Positions 10,081-21,022 are shown, numbered from the stretch's first letter. The stretch: 64,000 bases of DNA from an uncultured Bdellovibrionales bacterium (GCA_964387895.1 CAYLWX010000004.1:5303-69302), one strand, 5' to 3'. Made by a program: numbers and translations. The notes: a model not told the origin generated them from the letters alone.

Positions 10081-11854
10081 TTTTTTGAATCTTAATAAAT
10101 AGTATATCGCCTAATCCCAAAAGATCGGTAATAAGGTCATAAGGGTAAGCAAAAACAACCAAAAAAAGGTTATTAGCGAGACGGAATTTCTTCTTTTTTG
10201 TTAAACTATTGATAAAATTGGAAATACTACACACAAGCCCGGCAGTGGACGAATGTTTGTATTCCAGCATTTTAAAACCATTATTTTTCAAAAGCAATTT
10301 TAATGAGTCCAAAGAATAATTAATTAAATGTCGAGGTACATCGTACCCTATCCAATATTTTCCAAAAATATACGCGTTCAAGCTACGGACATTAGGAATA
10401 GCCATATATATAGTGCCATCTTCTGACAAGAGGCTATTAAGCTTTCGCATGCTTTCATTGGGATTGGGCAGATGTTCTAAAACATGCCACAATCTAATAG
10501 CATCAAACTTTTTTTCAGTAGCATAGTTTTCCAATGTGCTACAGGTCACATTTAAATTTTCCGCCCTTGCGGCCGCAACTGCCCGAGGATCAATCTCGAT
10601 GCCATAGGTGTCCCATCCATATTCATTGAGTATTCTAAGATTAACAGAATCCCCGCATCCAACATCTAAAAAAGTTCCGCCGCTTTTTCTATAAACAGGC
10701 AAGATATCACTAAACTTTTTCCCAACAAATATAAGTATAACTTTCCAAAAGAACGAGAAATTATTCATTCCGTCAAAATTTACCCGAATAGTATTTTCTC
10801 TTAAATGGTCAAAAAAACTTTTTTTCCTTTTTACTCGATAAGAATAGTAGTCATTCGGATAAAACGTGCCTATTTTCTCATTGGCAGGCATAGGATACTG
10901 AAAGATAGTGCCGCAACTCAAGCATTTCCATAAAAAAAACTTCCCGGGTACCAACTTTTCATAAAAATCTCTCCCAGAAAACTTGAAATCACTATCATTC
11001 TTTCCACATACCGGACAAATAGCTTTTCCTTCTTGCTTGTTTATGACCGTATTACCCTTTTGCGCAATTACTATAGTGAAATAACCATACTTTTTAGGCC
11101 AATAAAAGAACAATGCTCTTTCCAATAATATAATCACATAATGAAAAAACATCCTTCCCATTCCATAATTGGCAGAAGATATTTTTTGTTCATATGTTGA
11201 GACCGTTCGTTTTCCCAGAAGAATTTTTATAATCGCCGCAACTTTTTTAAAACTAAACTGCGGGCGTGATTTAATGGTAAGAACCTTGAAATTTTTCTTT
11301 TTAAGAACTTCAATTACGTACTTATTTTGCACCAAAATGGGATGGAAATCATCGAGAGGTTTTTTATAACCCAGTTTCGCGAAAAAGATGGATAAAGGAG
11401 AGGTGTTTTCATATTCTAGATAAAGCATACCGCCTGGCTTGAGACAGCGAGTCATTTCTTCCAGAGCTTTGAGATAATCATCCATGTGGTCAATAGCGTT
11501 CACGCACGTAACAGCATCAAATGCATTATCCATAAAATCAAGACATTCTGCTTTTGAGGTAACATATTCAATATGAGAAAGTCTTTTGTATTTTCCAACA
11601 TATTTATCATTAAGAGGATCAACAGCAACCATTCGTTTGCATGCCGGAAATAAATGCAAAACCGATACCGGTCCACTTCCCACATCAAGTACGGAACTTT
11701 CTGGACCGAGTTTTTTACTAATTAGTTTAAAATCTTCTGTTCTGGTTTTCCAATTATCCATTAGATAATTGTAAGTCATATCCGTCGCCAGCCAGGATCC
11801 CATTTCCATTTGTTGTGCGTGCTCCCACTTATTTTTGGCATTCATAATTTTCAA
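10070..11854 (-). CDS. tandem double class I SAM methyltransferase
   Basis: Two motif-I sites (VLDVGSG; FLDVGCG) separated by a CPVC...CLSC zinc ribbon; WHVLEH motif. Confidence 0.85.
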   Translation of the reverse strand: MKIMNAKNKWEHAQQMEMGSWLATDMTYNYLMDNWKTRTEDFKLISKKLGPESSVLDVGSGPVSVLHLFPACKRMVAVDPLNDKYVGKYKRLSHIEYVTSKAECLDFMDNAFDAVTCVNAIDHMDDYLKALEEMTRCLKPGGMLYLEYENTSPLSIFFAKLGYKKPLDDFHPILVQNKYVIEVLKKKNFKVLTIKSRPQFSFKKVAAIIKILLGKRTVSTYEQKISSANYGMGRMFFHYVIILLERALFFYWPKKYGYFTIVIAQKGNTVINKQEGKAICPVCGKNDSDFKFSGRDFYEKLVPGKFFLWKCLSCGTIFQYPMPANEKIGTFYPNDYYSYRVKRKKSFFDHLRENTIRVNFDGMNNFSFFWKVILIFVGKKFSDILPVYRKSGGTFLDVGCGDSVNLRILNEYGWDTYGIEIDPRAVAAARAENLNVTCSTLENYATEKKFDAIRLWHVLEHLPNPNESMRKLNSLLSEDGTIYMAIPNVRSLNAYIFGKYWIGYDVPRHLINYSLDSLKLLLKNNGFKMLEYKHSSTAGLVCSISNFINSLTKKKKFRLANNLFLVVFAYPYDLITDLLGLGDILFIKIQKNDQ

Positions 11855-11875
11855 AAATAGTTAGTTATTTCGGTG

Positions 11876-12898
11876 TTAATCAGTATAATTTTCCAAACCT
11901 CTTAAAAGATAAAAGTAGTAGGATGGCCTCGGATTTCTTTTTATCTTTTGAAACATTTCCTGATCAGTTCTTTTTCTTATTCTTTTTTGAATTTTTTTTC
12001 TCTTAGCCATTGTTTCACTGAAATGTAACATATTCCACCAAACCGCTCGGTATACCACTAAAAAGTCTTGCATATCAAACTTTACGATGAATGCCAAGCT
12101 CCATGTGAAACTAAAGAGAAAGTATACAGGCAATATCCTGATCATCTCCATTGGACCGAGATTTTTAAGATAACTGCAGAGCCTGTTTTTAAAAGAATGG
12201 AATTGAATCACGCTCTGCGGCTTTCTGTTGCTCGTGCCGCCCATAAAATGATAAATATATGACTTTGGATAATACCAACATTCATAGCCGGCAAGCCATA
12301 CCCGGTGGCAAAAATCAGTTTCCTCAAAGTAGCACCAAAAATCAGAATCAAACAGCCCTGTTTTTTCAACAACTTTTCGAGGAATCATCATGCACATCCC
12401 TTTTATACCATAGACAGGAAAACTATTATTATATATTGGCAGAGAGGCTTTTTTGTAAATTCCATAATGATAGTTAAATCCAGTATTGGTCCAGAATGAA
12501 CCACAGGCGTCTAAATTTTCTTTTTTATTCATCAATCTTACCATTGGCTGTACTGCTCCTAGATTGGAAATTTCATCAAAGGCGTGGAGCATTTTCTCAA
12601 TCAAGTCTTCCTTGAGAATAGTATCGTTATTAATAATAAGGATAAACTCCCCTTTTGAGTTTCTGTAACCGATATTATTTCCTTCCGCGTATCCGGAATT
12701 ATCCTTATGTTCAATAATTTTGACCCGAGGATAGTTATGTTTGACGTATGTCACGCTGTCGTCCGCCGAATTATTATCAACAAAGATTGTTTCAAAATTG
12801 CTGTATGTCTGTTTAAAAAGAGAGCTAAAGAAATCGGGAATAAATCTTCTTCCGTTATAATTCACGATAATTACTGATACAAGCGGCTTTCTCTCCAT
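11876..12898 (-). CDS. GT2 glycosyltransferase (WbbL-like)
   Basis: VSVIIVNYNG, VDNNSAD, GYAEGNN, INND, YFEETDFC. Confidence 0.9.
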   Translation of the reverse strand: MERKPLVSVIIVNYNGRRFIPDFFSSLFKQTYSNFETIFVDNNSADDSVTYVKHNYPRVKIIEHKDNSGYAEGNNIGYRNSKGEFILIINNDTILKEDLIEKMLHAFDEISNLGAVQPMVRLMNKKENLDACGSFWTNTGFNYHYGIYKKASLPIYNNSFPVYGIKGMCMMIPRKVVEKTGLFDSDFWCYFEETDFCHRVWLAGYECWYYPKSYIYHFMGGTSNRKPQSVIQFHSFKNRLCSYLKNLGPMEMIRILPVYFLFSFTWSLAFIVKFDMQDFLVVYRAVWWNMLHFSETMAKRKKIQKRIRKRTDQEMFQKIKRNPRPSYYFYLLRGLENYTD

Positions 12899-12907
12899 AG
12901 TATTTTT

Positions 12908-13792
12908 TTACTTTTTTTTGTAGATGTTGCGATGGAACAGCGCCGACACTTTTTTTATATCAAGCATACCAAACACAAGTCCCGTGCTCGCTGACGCGTA
13001 CTGAACAAATTTAAATATAACAAAACCAAATGCCAATATTGGATGTTTAAGCAACATCATAAAATTTTTAAAATAAGCTTTTCTTACTGGAAAAAGCTGC
13101 TTAACCGCGTATCCCTTTTGTCTTTTGATATACTCCCAGCTGTTCATTCCATAATAAAAGCTTTTTAAAAAAACTTCCTTAATAGAATCAATTTCGTCAA
13201 TGTGAAGCTCCGTGGCAGTGATACGTCCGGTTTTGTATCCGGCTTTATTTAATCTTCTTTGCATATCGTAATCGTCCGCGTTAATGATGAGAGTAGTATC
13301 AAATCCTCCTAACGCTAAAAATACCTCTCGCTTAAAAAAACGCGCTGATTCAATAAAATCGTCCCCTATATACATATCCCTCTCCAACCCTTTCACCTTT
13401 GACCAGAAATTATTCGTTCTTGACTTCACGGAAGCATAGACCGCGTCGTAATTTTTTTCTTCGCAACAACGCACACATTGTTCAATATAATCTTTGTCCA
13501 GCACCATATCGCAACCAGTGATAAAAACATATTTTCCTCTGGACATTTGTACCCCATAATTGTCCTGCGCCGCTCGTTCTGGTCCCTTTTGATATACAGT
13601 CACTCCCATGCTTTTGGCAATTTCCACTGTTTTATCCGTGCTGAAATTATCCACCACAATAATTTCAATGTTGGGATAAGTTTGGCTATGTATTGACTTT
13701 ATATTTTCCGCGATATATTTTTCCCCGTTGAGCACGGGGGTAATAGTAGAAACCAACGGTTGTTGTTTTTGATCAGTCATATTCTGAAACAA
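12908..13792 (-). CDS. GT2 glycosyltransferase
   Basis: TPVLNGEKYI, VVDNFSTD, GGFD..DDYD. Confidence 0.88.
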   Translation of the reverse strand: MFQNMTDQKQQPLVSTITPVLNGEKYIAENIKSIHSQTYPNIEIIVVDNFSTDKTVEIAKSMGVTVYQKGPERAAQDNYGVQMSRGKYVFITGCDMVLDKDYIEQCVRCCEEKNYDAVYASVKSRTNNFWSKVKGLERDMYIGDDFIESARFFKREVFLALGGFDTTLIINADDYDMQRRLNKAGYKTGRITATELHIDEIDSIKEVFLKSFYYGMNSWEYIKRQKGYAVKQLFPVRKAYFKNFMMLLKHPILAFGFVIFKFVQYASASTGLVFGMLDIKKVSALFHRNIYKKK

Positions 13793-13795
13793 GGG

Positions 13796-14593
13796 CTAAG
13801 AATTAGAAATTTTTTCATTCAACCTCTTAAATATTATATGTGGTAACTCTTTTGGGGTGTCAACTCCAGCTCGTTCCGCTAAATAGTCTTCAATAAGATG
13901 ACCTACTTCACGTTGGGCTTGAAAAAAAGTACGCCCACCCCATAAAACTCTACCTTTCTCGTTATATGGATAACGTGTCACGGCAACCAAATCCAAATAA
14001 TCCATTCGCTCATCAAGAGTTACAATTGTAGTGCCTCGAGTAATATCATCAATATAGTGCATAACCATTTCGGTAATCTGAAGATTTGGTTTAAGTTTGA
14101 CCACATTTCCCTCTTCAATAATAGCAAAATAGGGAAGAGAGGTATGAGCCACTTTTTTAGTAAGAGACACCACATCCTTCGAAACGCCATGCTCTAGCAG
14201 TCGTTTTTCTGATTCACTATAAGCCGCCTCAATTTTTTCAGGATCAGTGACACCTTTAGTAGATTCAATCTCAAATTTCTTTCCGGCATCGTGAACAAGT
14301 GTAGCGATAACGAGCTTCTCTTTCTCCTCAGGAGCCAGTTTGAGCATATCAGCTAACTCTTCTGCGGCAGCCGCTTCCACCAAGCAATGTTCTGTCGGAT
14401 CCCCCCAACGCTTGCTCTTCTCAAACAGCTCACCACGAGAATTCGTAACTTTGGTTACCCCAAATTCAGACCGACGCTGTGTCTGTCCAGCCACCTGATG
14501 TATCTTATAATATTGCTTATATTTTAGAGCTAACTTCACAAAAAAATTTCTTCTTTTTGTCTCAAACATTGCTAATGGTAATTCTGGATGCAT
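13796..14593 (-). CDS. HD-domain phosphohydrolase
   Basis: EHC...LVHDAGK...AH...YIDD pattern. Confidence 0.75.
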   Translation of the reverse strand: MHPELPLAMFETKRRNFFVKLALKYKQYYKIHQVAGQTQRRSEFGVTKVTNSRGELFEKSKRWGDPTEHCLVEAAAAEELADMLKLAPEEKEKLVIATLVHDAGKKFEIESTKGVTDPEKIEAAYSESEKRLLEHGVSKDVVSLTKKVAHTSLPYFAIIEEGNVVKLKPNLQITEMVMHYIDDITRGTTIVTLDERMDYLDLVAVTRYPYNEKGRVLWGGRTFFQAQREVGHLIEDYLAERAGVDTPKELPHIIFKRLNEKISNS

Positions 14594-14631
14594 ATTCTTT
14601 TTTTAGTCTGGAAATTAGACTACTAGGAATT

Positions 14632-15192
14632 TCAAATTATATATGTCTTGACTCCCGCTTTTTCTCCCGAAAGACGATCATCCTCTGAATTACCAATATA
14701 CACAATCTCACTAGCATTCATCTTCCATTCCCGCATTATCTTCTCTAAATCTTTCTCTGTCGGTTTTGGCTCAATACAATTATCTTTTGCGACTATAACG
14801 TCTAACTTTCGTATAATATTTTTTCCAATAAAATTGTCCACGCACTTCTTTGTATTCATCGAATAAACGGCAATCTTTTTATCTCGAAGAGAGTTAACAT
14901 ACTCTATTAAATCATAATTCAGTTTATACCTTTCTTCCTGCAGCTCAAATTCGGCAATAATATCAAGAAGCTTAAAAAAAAAGGTTCTTCCAAATTTTTC
15001 TCTGGCTTGATGAATTTTTTGATCCAAGGGAGTGTATTCGATTTCCTCCACTTTTTCTTTTTTTGTGAAATCAGAAAGAGTTTTTTTTAATGTTATCCAA
15101 TCAACATTCAAATCAACCAACGTTCCATCTAGATCAAAAACTATTCCCTTATAGCTTGCTATATCCTCTGCTAAATTTCGATACTTGTCCAT
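14632..15192 (-). CDS. HAD-family hydrolase
   Basis: FDLDGTL, KP, YIGNSEDD..G..AG. Confidence 0.88.
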   Translation of the reverse strand: MDKYRNLAEDIASYKGIVFDLDGTLVDLNVDWITLKKTLSDFTKKEKVEEIEYTPLDQKIHQAREKFGRTFFFKLLDIIAEFELQEERYKLNYDLIEYVNSLRDKKIAVYSMNTKKCVDNFIGKNIIRKLDVIVAKDNCIEPKPTEKDLEKIMREWKMNASEIVYIGNSEDDRLSGEKAGVKTYII

Positions 15193-16244
15193 TGCTCTCC
15201 TTTTACCAACTTATACCCCATATCCATTAACCGGATCCAGTACCAGCCTGCCGGGATACCATTATATTGCGGCAGTTCTGGCAAAGATTCTCGTCCGTCT
15301 AAAGCCATCTTCACGTAGTAATATGGCATGTTGAGACCAGCCGTACTAAAATTATTGCTTGTAGTGAAAAACCTTCCCGCGTTAATCTCAAGCAAGCACG
15401 GGACCCCATCCTTGTTTTCTTTAATGTCGGCGCAAAATATACCTGTAGCGGAAGGGTCAACCAGCTTAATTACCTTGGTAACTAATTCATTTATGTCATC
15501 GCGATGCACTGTTTTGGCAACAGATGGGGATGAAGACTGTCCGGAAGGAAATAAGTTGCCAAAAAGGTATTCTTCCCGTTTTCTTACCATAGAAGTAACC
15601 AATTCGCCTTTATACCAAATACTTTGAAAAGCATATTCTCCACCAGGCAGAAACTCGCTGATCATAAAATCAGATATTTTTAAACCCTTCATTTTTGTCC
15701 AATAATCTATCCAGCCATTCGCTTGTAGAATGGTACTGACCGGCAAACTTGCTTTTGAGCCAGCGCCACGAGTAGCACGCAACCAAACCCTGTCCTGAAA
15801 ACGAAGCAGATCATCAAGAGCCGATTGAATATCTGATTCGCTATTTATGTGGTAGGCTTTCGGAACATTAAGACCATTTTTCTGAAGCAAGCGATTAAAT
15901 TCTGCTTTATTGGTAGTAATGGCAAGGGTTTCAGGCGTAGGAAATAAGGTCCTGGCATTCACTTTATCTCTATTTCTCGAAATAATATAAACTTCCTGCT
16001 CTGGTTGCGAGTGAACGAAATCTATCTTTTCTCTTTTTATAATCTCATTAAGCTTATCTATATAATCCGGGGAGTCCGCCACCGGAAGGATATACTTCAC
16101 ATTCAAACCTTCCGTAAGTTCAATGTGATATTTGCTTATGTCCGCACCGACAATATATAAATCTTCTTCTTTTACAAGACGAAGAGAAGCAACAAAGTTG
16201 GCTCCAGGCGCCCCCCCCGCTCCGGTAACTAAAATTCTTTTCAT
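15171..16244 (-). CDS. ATP-grasp ligase (carbamoyl-phosphate-synthase-like, glycan-locus type)
   Basis: ILVTGAGG N-domain, GAGS loop, EFLPGGEY, LEINAGRF. Confidence 0.85.
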   Translation of the reverse strand: MKRILVTGAGGAPGANFVASLRLVKEEDLYIVGADISKYHIELTEGLNVKYILPVADSPDYIDKLNEIIKREKIDFVHSQPEQEVYIISRNRDKVNARTLFPTPETLAITTNKAEFNRLLQKNGLNVPKAYHINSESDIQSALDDLLRFQDRVWLRATRGAGSKASLPVSTILQANGWIDYWTKMKGLKISDFMISEFLPGGEYAFQSIWYKGELVTSMVRKREEYLFGNLFPSGQSSSPSVAKTVHRDDINELVTKVIKLVDPSATGIFCADIKENKDGVPCLLEINAGRFFTTSNNFSTAGLNMPYYYVKMALDGRESLPELPQYNGIPAGWYWIRLMDMGYKLVKGEQWTSIEI

Positions 16245-16274
16245 ATATGAAATATTAAAAAAATTATTGATATT

Positions 16275-16658
16275 TCAAATCACCTTATGCGGATATGTAT
16301 CCGGGTCTTTTTGATTATGCACCTCGTTTACTAAAGCCAGAAGTATAAGCTCATTCTTTCCGACATTCTTAAAGGCATGTGATTTATTTGGTTGCATATT
16401 TATAATAATATTTTGACTTGCTTTAACCAGTTTCGCTTCTTTTTTTCCTGTTTTCACATCCTTAACAACCAAACGACATTCACCCTGAATAACATAAAAC
16501 CATTCCGACTTTCTTAAGTGATAGTGATTGCCTCGAATTACTCCCGGTTTTGATTTGGAAACAAAAAAATGCTTCGCTTCTTTAAATATTTCCGCGTGTG
16601 TATTTTCAACCAAAGAACCCCTGTCGTCGCTATACTGTTTTAATTTTATGATTTTCAT
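16275..16658 (-). CDS. cupin sugar epimerase/isomerase (WxcM/FnlB-C-like)
   Basis: DDRGSL, SKPGVIRGNHYHLRKSEWF, DPDTY. Confidence 0.85.
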   Translation of the reverse strand: MKIIKLKQYSDDRGSLVENTHAEIFKEAKHFFVSKSKPGVIRGNHYHLRKSEWFYVIQGECRLVVKDVKTGKKEAKLVKASQNIIINMQPNKSHAFKNVGKNELILLALVNEVHNQKDPDTYPHKVI

Positions 16659-16665
16659 AAACCTT

Positions 16666-17730
16666 TCAAATAAAATCCAGTGAATTACAGATATTCGCAG
16701 TAAAATTTTTTAAACAATTTTCTAACTCTTTTTGAGTCATATAATTTTGTTCTTGATGGGAACTAAAGTGGCTCATTTTTGGTATTTTTTCTCCTCGAGT
16801 AGTAAGTACATTTTCGCGTAAATCTGCGACACTGTAGGGAGTAATGATATAATGATCACCCTTCGCTTTTACTCGATATAATTCATCTTCTGTTATTAAG
16901 TGCTCATGAATTTTTTCACCAACTCGCGTACCTATGTTATGTATAGGATAGTCACCCTTTTTTCCCAGCACCTTTAAGAAAGATTTTATGATGCTAACGA
17001 TTTTGACTGATTTCATTTTTCTTATCACTATTTCTCCATCCTCTCCATTCATCGCCGCCCAAAATATAAGATCGACTGCCTCGGCTTTAGACATAAAAAA
17101 TCTCGTCATATTAGGATCAGTAACCGTTAGGGGAATGCCATTGACAATCTGGTGATAAAAGATTGGAAACAAGCTACCATGTGTTCCAATAACATTACCA
17201 AATCTTACGTTTACAAAACGATGATTAATGTTCCCTATATGACCACCATGAGAAATAATAATTTTTTCCTGAATAGCTTTAGTTAATCCCATTACATTTG
17301 ATGGATTAACCGCCTTATCAGTTCCTACTGAAACAACACGGGAAATATTATTTAGGATAGCCGCTTTCACAATATTAAGACTGCCTATAATATTAGTTTT
17401 GATAAATTCCTCGGGCATCTCTTCTGAAACTGGCACGTGTTTAAGAGCCGCACAGTGAAATAATATATCAACGCCGTTAGAAACCGACACAACCTTCTCT
17501 AAATCCCTAACATCACCTATGACATAAGAGATATTATCGTGTTTGGAATATTTGTACCGGAGTTGGTGCTGTTTATATTCATCTCTGCTAAAAACAATTA
17601 TTTTTTTTGCACGTAAAGAAACTAATGCTTTTAGAACCTCGGAACCAATACTCCCTGTCCCTCCCGTGATTAATATTGTCTTATCTTCGAAGAAGGTCTT
17701 TTTACTTTGCATATTCTTGGATCTTATCAA
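16666..17730 (-). CDS. UDP-GlcNAc 4,6-dehydratase (FnlA/PseB/CapD family)
   Basis: ITGGTGSIG, FSRDEYKQ, AALKHVP, TDKAVNP.NVMG.TK, RFGNV, MTRF. Start may be 17712. Confidence 0.9.
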   Translation of the reverse strand: MIRSKNMQSKKTFFEDKTILITGGTGSIGSEVLKALVSLRAKKIIVFSRDEYKQHQLRYKYSKHDNISYVIGDVRDLEKVVSVSNGVDILFHCAALKHVPVSEEMPEEFIKTNIIGSLNIVKAAILNNISRVVSVGTDKAVNPSNVMGLTKAIQEKIIISHGGHIGNINHRFVNVRFGNVIGTHGSLFPIFYHQIVNGIPLTVTDPNMTRFFMSKAEAVDLIFWAAMNGEDGEIVIRKMKSVKIVSIIKSFLKVLGKKGDYPIHNIGTRVGEKIHEHLITEDELYRVKAKGDHYIITPYSVADLRENVLTTRGEKIPKMSHFSSHQEQNYMTQKELENCLKNFTANICNSLDFI

Positions 17731-18805
17731 TTATAAAACCGATTTCTTTTTCCGTTAGACTTGGATGTACAGGCAAAGACAAAACTTGTTTGGCAAGTCT
17801 CTCGGCAACAGGAAAATCTCCTTCTTTATATCCGAGTTTAGTAAAATGAGGATGCATATGCAAAGGTTTGGGATAATATATAGTTGACCCAATATCGTGA
17901 CTTTTCAAAAAATCCATGAGTTTTTCGCGTGAAGACTTAAACTCTTCGGTAATTCTGATTGTATATTGATGAAAGACGTGTCGCTTTTTTTCCATCACTT
18001 TCGGTAAAATCAAACCTTTTATTCCTGCTAGTCCATGAGTGAGTATTTCCGCGTTAGATCGTCTCTTTTCATTTAGCTCATCAACCTTTTTTAGTTGTAC
18101 TAATCCAATAGCGGCGCTTATATCAGTCATTCGATAATTGTAACCAATATCCCAATACTCATAACGTGTTTTTTCTGACTGGCCATGATGCCTAAACCGC
18201 CTGCTTTTTTCCATTATTTCCTCATCATTAGTAGTAATCATGCCTCCTTCTCCACTCATAATATTTTTTGTGGCATACAAAGAAAAAGCACTAATATCGC
18301 CAAAATTTCCAGCTTTTACGCCTTTGTATTCCGCGCCTATGGCCTGACAAGCATCCTCGAGAATCATTAGGTTATTCTTTTCAGCCAACTTTTTAAAAGA
18401 CTCGTAGTCATACACTTGGCCATACAGATCAACAGGCAAAATAGCCTTTGTCTTGCCGGTAATTTTCATCTCTGCTTCTTTCGGGTCGAGATTAAAATCT
18501 TCTTCAGAAATATCAGCAAAAACAACTGTGGCGTTTTGCATAAGAATAGGATTAGCGCTCGCTACAAAAGTAAACGGCGAGGTGATAACCTCATCACCGC
18601 GAGAAATTCCTAAAGCATAAAGACCGGCATGAATAGCCGCTGTTCCGCTATTAAAAGCTACCGCGTATTTGGAGCCGCAATACTTTGCAAATTTTTCTTC
18701 AAACTTCGAGGTCTCCGGCCCTTGAGCGATTATTCCTGATTTCATCACCGCAATAACCGCTTCAATCTCTTCTTTTTCAATAATGGGCTTTGAAACATTG
18801 ATCAT
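17702..18805 (-). CDS. DegT/DnrJ/EryC1 sugar aminotransferase
   Basis: NSGTAAIH, EDACQAIG, SLYATKN (PLP lysine), GEGG, GYNYRM. Confidence 0.93.
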   Translation of the reverse strand: MINVSKPIIEKEEIEAVIAVMKSGIIAQGPETSKFEEKFAKYCGSKYAVAFNSGTAAIHAGLYALGISRGDEVITSPFTFVASANPILMQNATVVFADISEEDFNLDPKEAEMKITGKTKAILPVDLYGQVYDYESFKKLAEKNNLMILEDACQAIGAEYKGVKAGNFGDISAFSLYATKNIMSGEGGMITTNDEEIMEKSRRFRHHGQSEKTRYEYWDIGYNYRMTDISAAIGLVQLKKVDELNEKRRSNAEILTHGLAGIKGLILPKVMEKKRHVFHQYTIRITEEFKSSREKLMDFLKSHDIGSTIYYPKPLHMHPHFTKLGYKEGDFPVAERLAKQVLSLPVHPSLTEKEIGFIIDKIQEYAK

Positions 18806-18842
18806 AAAAAAATATTTTGAGTTTTTTATTTCAAAAAAAATA

Positions 18843-19919
18843 TTAATTAAGAATATTTTTCAGTTCCTTTTCGTTTTCTTTGATCCATTCGTATATTTCA
18901 GTAAAAGTCTGCTTTGCATTTTTCTGGCATTTCCACCCGGAGATTGTGTGAAATTTTTTAGAATCAGAAATATAAATCCGCACATCGTTCGGTCGGTTTT
19001 CATTAACATGCTCTATTTTTATTTTATTGCCCGTGATTTCTTCGCATAAACAAGTCATCTCAAGAAGAGAAAGACTGTTTTCAACACCACCTCCAATATT
19101 ATATACTTCACCATGATACTTATCAATTTCTTCAATTTGAATTTTCAAAGCCTTAAAAAGATCATCAACATGCATAAAATCCCGAACCTGTTTTCCTTCT
19201 CCTCCATAGCCGATATAGGACAGTGCCTTATTATTCCAAAAATGTCTCGCTATCCATAACACTATAACACCCTGATCAATTTTTCCCATTTGCCATGGTC
19301 CAGTTATCACGCCACAACGATTGATGACACCCTTCAAACCATAGGTATCCATATATTCTTGAAAGATAAGTTCCGAGCATAACTTTGTCGCCCCATACAG
19401 AGAGCGAGCTTTTCCTAAGGGAAAGTCCTCACTTACTCCTTGAGCAGAAGCTCCTTGCGTTTCCTGAGAGACTTCCAGCTCAAATCTCGAATCAGTTTCT
19501 CTAAATTTCAGTGAATTGAGTTCCTGGATAGGATATACGCGGCTTGTTGAAAAAAAAATAACTGCCGCAGCATGTTTACGCGCTAGCTCAAGACAATTGA
19601 TCGTGCCTGTAAGATTGGTATCAATAAGATACTCAGGCGACCCACCTACTCCTGCCAAAACAGAAGGCTCTGCGGAACATTCTAACAGCAGGTCTATTTT
19701 CTTGTCTATATCCGCTAGATCACTTTTATTACGGATATCTCCATGAATAAATTCTATTCCTTTATCCCTGAGTCTTGGAATATTTAATTCTGATCCTCGT
19801 CTCTTTAAATTATCAAAAGCTAAAATACTTGCTTCGGGATAAGCCTCTTTTAATTTAATGCCTAGATTCGATCCAACAAATCCAGCACCTCCGGTAATTA
19901 AGATATTTTGATAATGCAT
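18843..19919 (-). CDS. NAD-dependent epimerase/dehydratase (RfbE/CDP-paratose 2-epimerase-like)
   Basis: ITGGAGFVG, YGATK, GKQVRD. Confidence 0.88.
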   Translation of the reverse strand: MHYQNILITGGAGFVGSNLGIKLKEAYPEASILAFDNLKRRGSELNIPRLRDKGIEFIHGDIRNKSDLADIDKKIDLLLECSAEPSVLAGVGGSPEYLIDTNLTGTINCLELARKHAAAVIFFSTSRVYPIQELNSLKFRETDSRFELEVSQETQGASAQGVSEDFPLGKARSLYGATKLCSELIFQEYMDTYGLKGVINRCGVITGPWQMGKIDQGVIVLWIARHFWNNKALSYIGYGGEGKQVRDFMHVDDLFKALKIQIEEIDKYHGEVYNIGGGVENSLSLLEMTCLCEEITGNKIKIEHVNENRPNDVRIYISDSKKFHTISGWKCQKNAKQTFTEIYEWIKENEKELKNILN

Positions 19920-19928
19920 TATTTCTGC

Positions 19929-20975
19929 TTAAAAATGACCCGCTGCACAAATTTCTTTCAGAATATCATCTATTCCGTATTTGAAGTCCCATGCTGGATA
20001 ATGGCTTTTAAATTTTGAAACATCGCTGATATACCATATATGATCGCCAATTCTGTTAGTTTTAGAATATTTTATATTAGCCTTTTTCCCTGTAATTTTT
20101 TCAAGCTTATCAATAGCTTCCTTCATTGAAACATTGGAATGGCGGCTACCCCCCATATTATATACTTCAGCTACCCTTGGTTTCTGATAAAAATTATAGA
20201 ACGCGTTTACAAGATCATACGAATGAATATTGTCTCTTACTTGTTTTCCTTTATACCCGAAAATATTATATTGTTTTCCTGTTGCTACACATTTTGCCAA
20301 ATATGCCAGAAATCCATGAAGTTCCGCACCACTGTGGTTTGGTCCAGTTAAACATCCTCCTCTGAAAACAGCAGTCTTAAGACTAAAATATCTTCCGTAC
20401 TCCTGAACCATTACATCAGCTGCTACTTTTGAAGCTCCAAATATGCTGTGCTTGGTCTGATCAATTCGCATAGTTTCATCTATACCTTCATAGAATGGAT
20501 GATTTTTATCAATTTCCCATCGTGTTTCCATCTCAACAAGAGGAAGCTCGTTTGGCACGTCTCCATAAACTTTATTCGTTGAAGTAAAGATAAAAACCGC
20601 TTTTGGGCTGTATTTTCTAAAGTTTTCCAGCAATACCAACGTTCCATTCGCATTAACAGTGAAGTCAGTAAATGGCTCCCTGGCCGCCCAATCATGAGAT
20701 GGCTGAGCAGCGGTGTGAATAATTACGTCAAATTTGTATTTTTTGAATATTTTTTCTACTTTACTGTTATCTCGAATATCAAAATTATGATGAACATAAC
20801 CAGGAATACTTTTTTTCAGTTCTTTGACGCTCCATTTAGTACTCGCTTCAGGCCCGAAAAAATATTGTCGCATATCATTATCAACCCCGTGAATTTCAAA
20901 GCCTTTTTTTGCGAAGAATCTCACAGACTCAGATCCTATTAGTCCCCCCGACCCGGTGATTAATGCTGTTTTCAT
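19929..20975 (-). CDS. NAD-dependent epimerase/dehydratase (RfbE-like)
   Basis: [35 protein letters not shown]. Confidence 0.88.
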   Translation of the reverse strand: MKTALITGSGGLIGSESVRFFAKKGFEIHGVDNDMRQYFFGPEASTKWSVKELKKSIPGYVHHNFDIRDNSKVEKIFKKYKFDVIIHTAAQPSHDWAAREPFTDFTVNANGTLVLLENFRKYSPKAVFIFTSTNKVYGDVPNELPLVEMETRWEIDKNHPFYEGIDETMRIDQTKHSIFGASKVAADVMVQEYGRYFSLKTAVFRGGCLTGPNHSGAELHGFLAYLAKCVATGKQYNIFGYKGKQVRDNIHSYDLVNAFYNFYQKPRVAEVYNMGGSRHSNVSMKEAIDKLEKITGKKANIKYSKTNRIGDHIWYISDVSKFKSHYPAWDFKYGIDDILKEICAAGHF

Positions 20976-21022
20976 TATTTTAGCTTAATTTTTACTTTTT
21001 GATTACATAATTACAACAAACT

